This document shows, piece after piece, positions 24,772-37,386 of a stretch of 64,000 nt of DNA; position 1 is the first letter of the stretch; each line of letters starts with the position of its first letter. The translations under genes and the position numbers were made by a program. Location of the stretch: NCBI GenBank assembly GCA_021613535.1, contig CP075492.1:4836001-4900000 (forward strand), read 5' to 3'. Source of the stretch: Adineta vaga. Its lineage: Eukaryota; Animalia; Rotifera. The notes beneath the pieces are model-generated. The model saw only the letters and a program-made list of their open reading frames with translations. It searched no databases and had not been told where the DNA came from.

Positions 24772-25135
24772 TAATACGTCATTTGATATTGAATATCAAG
24801 AATTCATTGTGAAACTCTTCAAATCTTATATCAACAAGTCTAGACTCCGTATTTATGTAGCAGAATTTAAATTTCAAGAAGTTTAAATGAATTAACAATG
24901 TAGTTTGTTAGTCCTTCCTATGATTTAGTACACATAGAATCGGTCAAATAATCCATTTGTCAACTTTGATGTTTGCCTGAACAAACAATCCAGTACATGG
25001 AGAGAACCAATACATGGGACGATATCCAAGTGTTTAAGATGGAGAGTAAGATTAGAAGAAATAGTATCATAATTTATAGAATTTCGTCACTTATCGTAGA
25101 ATTCTACTTTTAAATATTTGAGATCAGGTATATAT

Positions 25136-25235
25136 CTCAGTCGTACCTGAGTCGTACTTCAGTCGTACCAGTCGTACCTCAGTCGTACCTCAATCGTACT
25201 TTATTCGCACTTTATTCGCACTTTATTCGTACTTT
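25136..25235. repeat. 11-bp minisatellite, about 9 units
   Basis: CTCAGTCGTAC units grading into TTTATTCGCAC units. Confidence 0.85.
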
Positions 25236-25835
25236 AACTTACCTCGAATACTACCTGAGAATTTGCCAAGATGCATGTTTGTTTGATAAATGTAATGAGT
25301 AGAATTGAGATATTCAAAACATTCAATGAATATTTCATTTGGTAATGATTTTCTTTTCTGTCATTCATATTGTCAATAGTTTTCTTTTTCTATAACTTAT
25401 TTCACATCTCATATTTTAAGGTAGATTTTCATGTGTAAATCTTGGGAATATTTGTTCATTTATCGATTCATAAGTAACTTCTGACTGAATATATATTGAA
25501 ATAACGTTTGAAAGCTTATATAATTTAATACGTTAAAAGTTTGCTATGATCGTCGGTAGATTTATATATTTCAATCAAAATATTGTTGATTCGGTCATTA
25601 TGTTTTTCCTTTCTTTGAATAACATATATCAAAATCAATTTTTAACGGTATGACGTCAAGTAATGTTTGTTATCATTGGAATAGTAATACATACGATTGG
25701 TTAAATGCAATATCGATAATATATTGTAATGGAAGTTATGTCACTAAATATAACTTTATACTTATTCAATAGAATCTATTACAAAAATAAAAATCGTATA
25801 TATCTCAAAGTTTTTGATAATGCATTTATTTATTT

Positions 25836-26469
25836 CTATAACGTTCGTATACTATCACTACAATGTGCATCTAAAACTGGAACAGCACGTGATGTAAAGT
25901 CCCAAATTTGAAGTAGAAATAATATTTCTATTAGAATGTAGTTGCCACTAGTTAACATCAATCCTGAACGCCATGTAGCATATGATCCGTAGTTGATATG
26001 ACGTGCGAATGAAAACAATCCTTGGGCATAATTACGTCCTTTATTAGCCGGATTGTCTTTGAAACGTTTTTGTTGAGGTTCAGAAATAAATTCTGTGGAT
26101 ATTCCTGCAAGAAACAGACCAACACCGATACATCGACTTGTAATGGAAGGATAAAAATAGAAACTGGACAGAGTTGCTAAAGAATTATACACGGTACTAG
26201 AAGTTGGTGCAATAACAGCAATAGAAAGATCGATTTTCTCTTGCATAATATAACACACATTAATAATTTGTTTGATAGCAGCAACAGAACTCATAAAGAG
26301 GATGAGTTGTTGATGTTAATTTAGAAACAATTTGTTGCCCGTACATAGTTAGTAATGAATATTGAATGTATGGATCGAGTGAACGAAGCAAAGCATAGAT
26401 TGTTCGATTAATTGGTGAGAAACCTTTATTTGAACGATTGAAAACATCACGTGGTATTTTACTACACAT
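25836..26469 (-). pseudogene. Frameshifted DUF1295 / steroid 5-alpha-reductase-like membrane protein, fungal-type
   Basis: SE.QQKRFKDNPANKG..Y..GLFSFARHINYG.Y..WR.G motif; N-terminal LRSLDPYIQY lies in another frame (shift near 26295); the expected C-terminus is missing. Confidence 0.75.
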
Positions 26470-26766
26470 GTTTTTATCGACATCAACAGATGAGAGTTTG
26501 AAATGTTTGTCTAAAAAACTTTGTTGCTTTATTATTCACTGTAAAGCATTGGTTCGGGATCAATCACTAAATACAAGACATTGAGTTTGCTATATCTATT
26601 TTTTGATTATTTGACAACTTATACAAAAACATTATGAAATAATTTCGAATTTATTAATAAAAATATATGTTATTCATAACGACAGTATGACAGAGGTCTT
26701 CAGTTAACATTCTAAATATGAATGCAGATGAAACATCTGATAAAATCGTGAGATGTTTTTCTTTTA

Positions 26767-29700
26767 TTAATGAATAGAATCCTTCAACAAAATCTCATTA
26801 TTGTCCAATACTAATGGTTCGTGAGAAAAGAAAACCGACGTAATGTTCCGCCGTGATTTTCGATTACATTCGTCTTGTACTCCATTCCAAAGAAATTTTA
26901 ATGGAGTGTTCGATTCGGGACGAGTTTCTAACGCTTTTCGTGGTTGAACATTGCTGGAAAAAGGAGAAGGAGTAAATATAGCTGTTATATTAACCTTCAG
27001 CCGTGCTCCCGATGCTTTCATCGATCGTCGTTTGTAGTCCTGACAAAATTTCTCGAATGAATTTTTGTTCTGCTCCATACGTTTGGAAAACTCTGCTTTG
27101 TATTCTTGTAGTTGCTCTTTCGAATAGGAACAGCGAGATGAATATTGTTTCTTATTCTTCTTTTTCTTTTGATGATCTTCTTCAGAATCGTCATCCTTGC
27201 TTTTCTTTTGATAATTTTCTTTGGAATCTTTATCTTTTTTCTTCATGTCAATTCCAGAGATGAAAACAGCATCAGAATGGATTGATTCATCATGTTTCAT
27301 TGTTTCTTCCTTCTTAATTGTTTTTCTCAATTTCGATTCGTTATCAGTAGAAGTTTTTCGACTACTATTTGGTGATAAATCAACCATTGGAGAATATGAT
27401 CCAACATCTGCTGATAGATAAGTTTTTTGTACGACGATATCAAGAATTGGAAATGGTGCATCGTTAATATCACCTGTATATGTAAATGGAGGAATATTCT
27501 TTTTGGTCGGGTTGAGCATTATTCTATTAATCCATTGCTTTAACAATAATACGTCAGTGTCGCAGATTTGGAAAAGAGTGACGACTTTTTGTTCATGATC
27601 GAAATCGGTAGTATGACCTAAAGTATTACGAGATATAGATACGACTTTCTCGATTGTAACAAAGGAAAAAATCAATTGACTATATCAAGGAATTGGACAA
27701 ATCTTTCATTACAAATCTTTTCTTACGTGAGTTATTATTATCAGGCATAGCAACACTCTTTTTGTCGTCGTCTTTTTCCTTATCAAGATATTCTCTATCT
27801 TTAATCATATTATGAACTTGTTTGATAAGAATTTGTCTCTCGTCATCTTTAATTCTTCCACTCTTCGAATTGATCAATTTCTTCACTAGTTCATCATAAA
27901 TCAATTTGCGTTGTTTTGATGTTAGGAGAAAATGCAATTGAACAGAGTCTCCTTTCCACTGGGTTGATTTTAACGACGAAGTAGAACTACATTTGATATT
28001 CTGGAACTAAAAAAAAGGAATGAATGATTAAGTGACAATGATCAGATATTCAAAAGTAGTGACTTACAATTTTCAACAATAATTTATCGAATTGTAAATT
28101 GAAATTATCTTGCGATCCAAAGAATGGTAAACAAATCTGCTGTTCAGTTATTTTCCGCAATAATCTGATTGGTTGACAGTATTCTACTTTGATCGGAATG
28201 ATATTTTTCTGTTTTTCATAAGCATATTTAGCTTCCTCTATACAATTTCGATCGTTGAAATAATTCGTACTCAAACATAGAATGAACAAATCCGATCGAT
28301 CAATTTTTGGAAAGCTGTTTTCGGACGAATCTGATCTCATCCAAACGAAAAACCCTTCATTTGTTAGACATGTTCGTAATTGTTGACAGATAGCAGCATC
28401 ATCTATAGCATAACTCAACACTATTTTGAAACTGTTTGGAATACTTTTCAATGCATTTTGATCTATAGATAACCGCATTTGCACTAAGGCATCAGTGAGT
28501 TCATATTTTTGATAAGCTTGATTCACATTAGCAATAGGCCCAAATAAAACAAGCTGTTGTTGATCATTTAGTTGTGGTAGAACCGATATTTCACGACAAT
28601 ATGAATAGAATCCATTGATTACATCTTGATTCCATTCATTGCACTTGCTGGACAACACTTGTCTACACATTGATCTTTCGAAATAGTGTTTGATTTTCTT
28701 GTCGCATTGCGTAAGGTGTTTCTTGTTTGTTGCAGTAAGAGTAATCGTTGCAACTATAGTAAGAACAAGCTCTCGACCTTATAGAAATGAATTGCTATCT
28801 TACTTGACGTTGGGCAATAGAAATTTCCGTAAGTTCTATCGTTGGTTTGAAGAGTTTGAACAATATCAATAAACTGCTTGTATAACTTTTGTTGATCTGC
28901 TAAGAAAATAAATGATACATTGAGTAAGATAGTTGTTGTTTGTCGAATTTGTTCGATAGTTTCATCAACCATCTCTTCTGCAATGATTTGATCGTGTTGA
29001 CATGAATCTGGCATTGCAATTGCAATGGATAACGTTTGACGATCGGATCGTCTTTCATTTTTGAGCACATATTGAATGATCTTAGATATAAAGAATCGAA
29101 CTGATTCGCTTAGAAAATCTTCATCGGCTAATTTTCCTGGCATTGACCAATTGACAAATAGCATTTTCTTGCAATTCAATCTTCCAGCTGTTGTCTCAGT
29201 AATAAATGGCATTGAATTGTCATGATGAGTTCTCGTATGTTTTGATCGTTGTTCTTCAAGATCACCTGCTCGTTCGATTAAATATTCTTTCAATCCTGAC
29301 GACAATGATGGAATTATGATAATGTCAACCTATAGAATTAGCATTAGAAATAAGAAACTTAGTAGAAAAAAATGGGCTTACTTGTTGCTCAGCGATGTCT
29401 CCAGAAGAAACAGCAATAGATCCATTGGATAACTTGGCTTCGCAAGAAAAAAATGGTAGAGAATTAGGTGAATTCATCATGAGCGGAACAAGTGCAAGAT
29501 CATCTTTTTGTTTGCATAGAATTGGAAAAGGTTTATATTTTCTCGTGAGTTTAAATTTACAATAACAATGATTATCTTTAGCTAGATGTTGTATGTAAGA
29601 AATTGTTTTCTCAGCAATATTATAATAAAATTCAGTTGTATCAATGGTAAGTTTTTTGAAACTTGATAGTAAAGTTTTCAGTTTTAATTGAACATCATTT

Positions 29701-31376
29701 AAGAGATATTGTGGCGCATGAAATTCCTGTTTTTTCAAATCGATTTTGACACCGTCTTTACGCAAGTTATTTTCAATTTTTCCCACTGCTTTCCAACCAA
29801 TCTGGATCAAACAATCGATCTAAATAGATAATACCATGTAAGTCCATCAATGCAATTAAAACTATCCGAATGTGTCATGTATTTTTAAAAGAGAAACTTA
29901 TCGATAAATTGAAACTTACTTGTGTTGATGAAAGTTGAGTGAATTTATATTTGTATAATCGATATTTTTTGAATAAATGTTCAATTTTTGTTAACAATGG
30001 ATTGACCACATTTTTATGTCCAAGTATATCAATAATAGTTTGATCGCTCTTTCTAGTGGATATGTTTTCAGTAATCGATATAAATGAACTATTTCGTTGT
30101 TGAGACTGGATGATTTCATCGAATTCCTTTCGATATTGATTTACAGCATAGATTTTCTCCTTCTGAATAATTTGACATGTATCTAGATCCATATATTCAA
30201 CTAAAAGAAATTCATCCGTCACAGAAATGAATAATTTCTCCTGCACAATCTGATGTTCAATAATATTATCAATTTCAATAGCTTGATGAGAATTATTGAA
30301 TTTATCATCATTGAAATGGACGATTTCTAACGTTGGTGCAGATGTCTCATACTAAAAGATAAGTTCTTACTAGAACATAATGTCACAATTATACCGTTGC
30401 TTTTGGCAGTGTATTTGATCGACATATTATGAACATATGACTATCACGATCGATGATTTTTTGTATAATGCCAACAGCTGATGTATTGGAAAACCATTGT
30501 TTTACTGAAATACAAAGTATAGATGACAAATAATGCCTGTTTGCTCTTTCTACCTTTTCGTTGTTTGTATTTGCGAATTTGTACTTTTTTAAATAACTTT
30601 TCGATAAAATTTATAATCGTCTGATATTGTTTTTCTGTACCAGTCAGTTTGAGAGTATACTTTAGTGAAGACCACTCATCATCAGATGTTGTCTGATCAA
30701 TCTCAATCCGAATAGGACCTCTTTCTCTATCGACATAGTCAATAAAATATGAACGAAACTTTTGATTTTGAAGAAATTGAACAAGATTATCGTCATCGAT
30801 AGTATATTTGTACTGACGTTTGACAGTTACTAAATCATCTGTCTTAGTTTTCGTCGAATTATTTGTTTCGTGATGTCTTTTCTAGAAGAGATTAACAATT
30901 TGAGTGTATGAATATCGATCAAATGATTACAAAACAGTAATACTTACATGTAGGTTACTAGGATTCTCAGATCTTGATCGTCGTTTGTGATGATTACTAA
31001 CGATTTCTGATGAAATTCTAGCACGGTCATCCGCGTATTGTGACGATATACTCGAATTTACGTCAACTTCTTCAACAAGGACTCTTCTCAAATCGATGAG
31101 TTTTTCTCGAAATCGACTTTGAGTTCCAATCGTAGGTTTTCGAATCGTCCCATCATCCTGTAACTCAGAGAGTACCTTTGCAATATCTTCATCGTTCAAT
31201 GCTACCAGAGCATTACCGTCGATGTTTAATTCTATAAAGTTCAGTTATAATAAAGATTAAAAGACAAAGTTAACATAATTAAAAAACATAGATTTACTTT
31301 TAAACCTTTTAATATATCTCTTAAATCCATTCGCTTTCAGCCAATGACTAACTTGGTCTACATTCCACTTTGTCAT
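26767..31376 (-). CDS. Multi-exon SAM - KH-like - Macro - TIR - unknown C-terminal domain protein (gene C)
   Basis: SAM: MTKWNVDQVSHWLKANGFKRYI...NIDGNALVALNDEDI; Macro: SIAVSSGDIAEQQVDIIII...TTAGRLNCKKMLFVNW...SIAIAMP; TIR: IVLSY...SDLFILCLSTNYFNDRNCIEEAKYA...IIPIKV; the exon joins I checked are in frame. KH-like call is inference. Confidence 0.85.
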
Positions 31377-32689
31377 GATTGATCACGTAAAATAAACCTT
31401 TGGAGCAATCTGAAATCGACGAAATCTCACGACTATCTTAGAGTTTTTGCGAACGAGGTTAAGTAAATGCAACTGCACATATAGCTATGTGTCAATTCCA
31501 CATCTGCATTCTCACCCAACTACAACTTCATGATTTATTTACATTTATGACGCCAATACTTACAACCAACAATTATTCTACAAACATATCTCCGAAATGT
31601 TTTTTCCAACTTACCCATGTTTGATGTTTTTCTGTTCTAACGTACCTGGCATTGTTGATTGACGATTATTATTCCTTTCTTTTTTTTGGTGGATCAAAAA
31701 TAAAAAGTTTGTATGTTTGACTGCAACCAACACATTCTCACTACTGCGTAATACATTATTAGTGACTTATTTTATCCGGATAAATCAGCTATGTTCTTGT
31801 GTGAATTTCAGTTCTCGTCAATCTCCATAGATCTTATCGGCAACTCACATTTTCTCCTTCTATTTTTTAATGTTTGTACAGACATGAAAACCCTCAGAAT
31901 CAACTCTAGATTGAAAACTTTATTGATAAAGCAACCGGTATGTTATTGTGTTATTGTGTTATTGCTTATTTATTAGGATTCACTATAAAAATAATTGATG
32001 TGCTCATGGAGTAACTTAACTATATAAATCTGGAAAACAATCATTTGATAAGAATATTTTATTCTTCAATTTCTTTTTAGAACATATAAATGAACTATTG
32101 ATCAACAGAAATATAACACTTACTTGATCAGTTAAAGGTGACTATACTTTCTTTTCTATTATTTATTTCGCGAGCAAATGCTTATGAGAGGCAAAAATTT
32201 CTTCTTTTCTCTTTTAAAACATTTTTTTCACGACTTTCTGTTGCAAGATTTATTCAGAGAAAAGGAAATGTAAATAGTTATAAAATGAAGAAAAATACAT
32301 ATTCGTATGTAAATATTTTTATGTTTCAGAGTAACAGCGACGAGTATTACGCACAATAAATCAGTGGTTTTATTAGCATGACTCTTTCACAATATAATCC
32401 ATAGATTTTTGTAAGTCTAGACGTTATAAAAGAAATGGAATAACATACAGAACGACTGACTCTTCTGTCAAATTCTTTATACATTCTTCCTTACTTTTTA
32501 AGGATCTGAATACTATCGTTTCTAAGGGCCTTGTCGAGTCCATTTCGAGGAAACTTCAGACTAGTGAAATTAGTCAGAAATATCTGATCGAAGAGCAATG
32601 TGATTATTGACATAGAATAAATTTTTCATCTGTGTTTGCCTTCACATAGTTATAGTCTGATCAATGTTGTTCATAATCCCAGATATCAT

Positions 32690-32717
32690 TCTTCTTCTTC
32701 TTATTATTATTATTATT
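32690..32717. repeat. (TTC)n(TTA)n trinucleotide microsatellite just before an AG acceptor
   Basis: TTCTTCTTCTTCTTATTATTATTATTATTCAG, ending 8 nt before ATG 32729. Confidence 0.7.
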
Positions 32718-32728
32718 CAGATTTATCA

Positions 32729-35700
32729 ATGGCAAATTGGACTTTGAAACAAATCATTGAATGGTTGCAAATAAATGGTTTTGAAAAGCATATACAAACG
32801 TTTATAGGTAAGCAATTGATTCATTGAATGTGTGTGCTGCAAGTATATGCATGATCTTTTATGCCATAGATGAAGATATTGATGGAGCAGCACTCATGGG
32901 TTTACGCGACGATGATATTATAAAACTACTTGCTGTGGTGGATCAAAAAGGAGTACGAACAAATCCGACGATGAGAACACTACGAAAGTTTTTGGCCAAA
33001 CTAGAAGAATTGAAGATATTGGGGAACAAAGAACAAAAGAGAGAAAGAAGACGCAGCGGGTAAGTGAATTTATTCTGTCCAAAAGTTTTTCAGACTGTGA
33101 TATTCTAGTGCACTTCATTCATCCATGATGACTGTTAAGCCTATTGGTCATACAGTTAATGATTCAAAATCACATTCTCAAATATTTATTGTTCAACCGA
33201 GAAGCTCGCAAATTAAATTTTTCCAAAGTGAATTGATCTGTAACTATTTACAGGAGTATTTATCGACAAATTTTGATGTGACATGCAACATACCTATGAC
33301 AATTCTGTCCATATCAAATACTGACTTGTTAGTACGATTGTCCGGTCATAAACAAGAGGTGCAAGCTGCTCATCAAAATCTTCAATCATTATTTGCTACA
33401 TTACATACCACAATTTTGAATGAAAACAATGCGAGTCCAAAAGGTTAGTAGTTCATTGTATATAGAAGAAAAACAATAAATACATTTCGTTTAATAATAT
33501 CTCTTTAGTAATCAAATGGTCAAAGAACATCCATTGTGACTTAGCTCTTCTTGTACTTCAGAAAATCTTTATTGATAAGAAGTTATGCACTGTTTGGGAG
33601 AAAACAAGTGTGTTGTCTGGATACTATATTGTTCATTATCTAACTGGTAATCATGATCCCAGTGCCTCGGAAGAATTTATCAACCATGTATTAAATCATG
33701 ATATATCCTTCGTCAAAGATATCACTGTATCGAATGCTCACAAAAGATACCATAGCGAATTGGATGAATTTATCCAAAACAAGAAGAATGCTTCACAACA
33801 AAATCAATCCATGGCTGTAATTTCCTTACAATATCCGTCTCAAAAGGACTTCAAAATTAGTCTTTTTGGTTTGAAAGATATTGTTCAAGTTACAAAAAAA
33901 CAATTAAAATTACTAATCAATAAACATCAGATGAAAACGACAAAACTCAATCTGGATTCAAAACAGGTAAGAACTGCATATTCTCTAGATGTCATCTCGA
34001 TAAATAATATTGTTTTAATTTTAGCGTGAATATCTATTGGACAATTGTACCTCTCATTTGAGAAATATTGAATTGAATTATGAAGATGATAATGTTAAAA
34101 TTCAAATTCGTGAAAGTTTATTTACTTCACCTCAATATCTCGTAAAAATAATTGAACAGCTGATTCTATCGATGATTTTCCAAACAGTGAATTTAACTTT
34201 CAAATCGATCGAAAATGCATTTCTATTGACAGACAGTGATCGTTTACAATTAGAAACTCTTGCTAAAAACTGCAATTGTGAAATAAACCACATCGAAGTA
34301 AAAACAGAAGAAGAATCTATCATAATACCTAAAGGAAACATTCCTGCAACACCTGAACATCTCGCAAAAGACTCAAATCAAGTTTCTGCTACATTATTTG
34401 TGCCAAAATAGTATCTATATCGAACAACACACTAGAAATTCGAAAGACTGATCAATTAAAGGTTTGCTTTTTCTACTAAACCATTACATTCCACGAGGGA
34501 TTTCATTTGATTGATTTTAGACTGATATCATAGTACTATCAACAGAAGATGATTGCATTCGAGAGAAAATTGAATCTAAGAATCAAGTTGGATATTATCA
34601 AACCAATACTGGTAAAAATTTTCTTTATATACCATGGTCACCAACACAATTCAAACAATATGACGATCGACCAAAATCTATTCTAAAAGAATCAATAAAA
34701 CAGTTCATATCTCACTCATTAACACAATTAATTCAACATAGTGATGCGAATGTAAAAACAGTGGCATATTCAACAACGAAATGGGAGAATTATCCACATC
34801 GACAACAATTTATCCAAATATTTATTCGCCAAATGAAATTACAATTGGAATCTGAACTGTTTGCGAATCGTGGCTGGAGAATTATACTTCCTTTCCATCA
34901 AAAACAATGTTTCTTATTTAAAATGTTTTCAGACATCCTATCAAAATCAAAAACTCAAAATAATAGTGATGAACAATTCTCATGTCCAATATCGAGTAAG
35001 TATAGAGATAAAGGCATCGTTTGTTTTATGTCTATTCGTTGCTTTCTAGTAAACACACTTGCACTAAAAACCTCGAGCGATAATAATATTGTCAAATGCC
35101 AAAAAGTCATCAGCAATTATATCGAGACAAATGTTTTCATAACAGTGAAAATTGATAAACCATTTGATTTACATATTTGGAATCAATTTATGATTAACGA
35201 TTATTACAATTACTGTTTACAAGAAATGATCTTACCCAATTTCTTTCAAACAAACTCACAACCGCAGTATCTGGAACTAGCTGGTCCAGTAAAAAAAGTT
35301 CATATAGCAAAAGAAAAGTATGAACTAATGTCTCAAATTGCTCATCTGAAAAGAATACCTGCAAATCTCGTACCTATCAAAGATCATCAATCGTCGAAAG
35401 TTACGCTGAAAACATCCAAAGAAATATCAAATCAATACAATATTCTCATAAGTTATTGCTCTTTAGATGGAACATTGCCTCTGATTCTTGCTGATCATTT
35501 TACTGATGAAGATTATATTGTATTAACTGAAGCTTCCGATCAAACATCTTCGTCTCATATTGCAAGCATAAATAGAGCAGATGTTATTGTCATTTGCTTT
35601 AGTTCAAATTATTTCATGAATGCGAATTGTAGAACTTCACTACGAACAGCAATCGAATCCTCGCAGAAAACAATCATACCTGTTGTTCTTCTAGCAAATT

Positions 35701-37248
35701 CATCAGATCAACCGATCAATTGGCTTGAATGGATTGATGTACAAGAATTATATTATGAAATATTTCACGAAGAAATTAAATTTAAACTTAACACAAATTT
35801 TGATCTTAATTATGAAAGATTATTAATTGAATTGGTAAGCTGAGCAGTTTCTTAAGTATTCATTATTATAGGATAAGAATTGAAAGGCAGCATTATTTTC
35901 ATTTCCACAGATTCGCACTCATTCTCTTTACTAATTAGAGCTTTCTATTTATAGCTTCAATATACTAAACCAGGTGTATTTGGTCATAAATATCCAAAAT
36001 CTAGTAATACTTCCGTCGAAGAATCTACGCAAAATGAAGATGCTCATCATCACGATAAAACTATCGAATTAACAGCAGTAGAAATGCAAACGAAAAGACG
36101 AATCTATGAAGAGCGTATTCAGAAAATTGTTCAAAGCCAAAAAATTTCAGAAAAGGAAATGAAACAACTGATTCGTAGTTTAGAAGTTGTATTGAAATCA
36201 TCGTCAAGTCAAGAAAGTTCAGATACATCGGAAGAAGAAAATTCAATAATATCCAGTGAAATTTCTGAACAGTCTGAAAATAATATGAACGAAAGAAATA
36301 AACAAGGTCAGTAATTAAAATTCCATTATGAGAGAAAAATATTATAGATATCATGAAGACAGATGACAAGAAGATGATAGATTTTTATGAGTTAGATACT
36401 TTAGAAAAAATGGTAGAAGTATCCTGAGTGCTTTATATGAACTTCTCAGATGTATTTATCGTAGTGTTTTATTGTATTTGTTTTCAGAAGAATTAAACAT
36501 TTGTTCTGAGTACTTGCATGCTTTCTTCTTATTGATACAACGTTGGATGGAAGAAGCATCAAATAAAACAATGATTCGGGGTAATTTACCACCATTTACT
36601 TTGTCTGGAGATTATAATGATGCTATATTTCCACTCCCATTATCGAATAAACTTCCCTGGTGGGACGTAGAAGATAGTATTCAGAATATTTATCGCTCAA
36701 AATTAAAAGAACTTGAGCTATTTCCAGAAGTGAAAATGATTGGAGGATGGTTTAATTGTGATGAAGCACATTTTTACTTTGAAAAATTAATTGATCCTGA
36801 TATGCAATTTCGAGAAGAAAGGAAAGATATAGATGAAACAACATCTGATGAAGGAAAAAACAACATAATATCTAGAACTTATATGAAATTTAATACGTCC
36901 GTACAGAGACATATCTCAGTTTGGGATCGTGATCAAGATGTCGAACTCTTAAAAGAATACAGAAGACGTTTAAATAACTCGAAAACGGATTTACCTGACG
37001 ATCTTCTAGAAAGATGGGATCATTATTGGTCTACAAACGCACAGCTTATACGAGATATGGTATGGGGAAAAGTTGAAGCTCAATCAAGATCTAGAGAAGA
37101 ATGTCGAAAACTTGAAATGCTGGATGATCCAAACAATGAACTGTGGAAAAAGAAAAAAAGAAACCGTGGATGTCGAAAATTTGTTAAACAGAAAATACGA
37201 AATACGATTGAATGGCAAAAATTCTTAGACGTACAAAAAGATGACTAA
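32729..37248 (+). CDS. Divergent paralog SAM - KH-like - degenerate Macro - TIR(E to S) - unknown C-terminal domain (gene D), apparent frameshift at ~34408
   Basis: SAM: MANWTLKQIIEWLQINGFEKHIQTF...DIDGAALMGLRDDDI; TIR: ILISYC...INRADVIVICFSSNYFMNANCRTSL...IIPVVL; shares NLPPFT.SGD.NDA.FP with gene C; junctions at 36.3-36.5 kb not resolved. Confidence 0.8.
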
Positions 37249-37386
37249 AAACAAGTTAATCAAGTTGACCATTGTATCTCGAATATTCTTTTTTCAATAA
37301 ATTGCCAATTCTACTTCTATAATTGTATAACTTTGATTCCACATTCTTATAAGACATTTCTATTTTTAGATAAATCAATTCTTTAC

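Noticed and set aside
37231-37369. Fusion of genes D and E by cis-splicing
   Set aside because: The nearest donor (37231) is phase 0 and gives a stop after the 37369 acceptor, and a poly(A) signal intervenes
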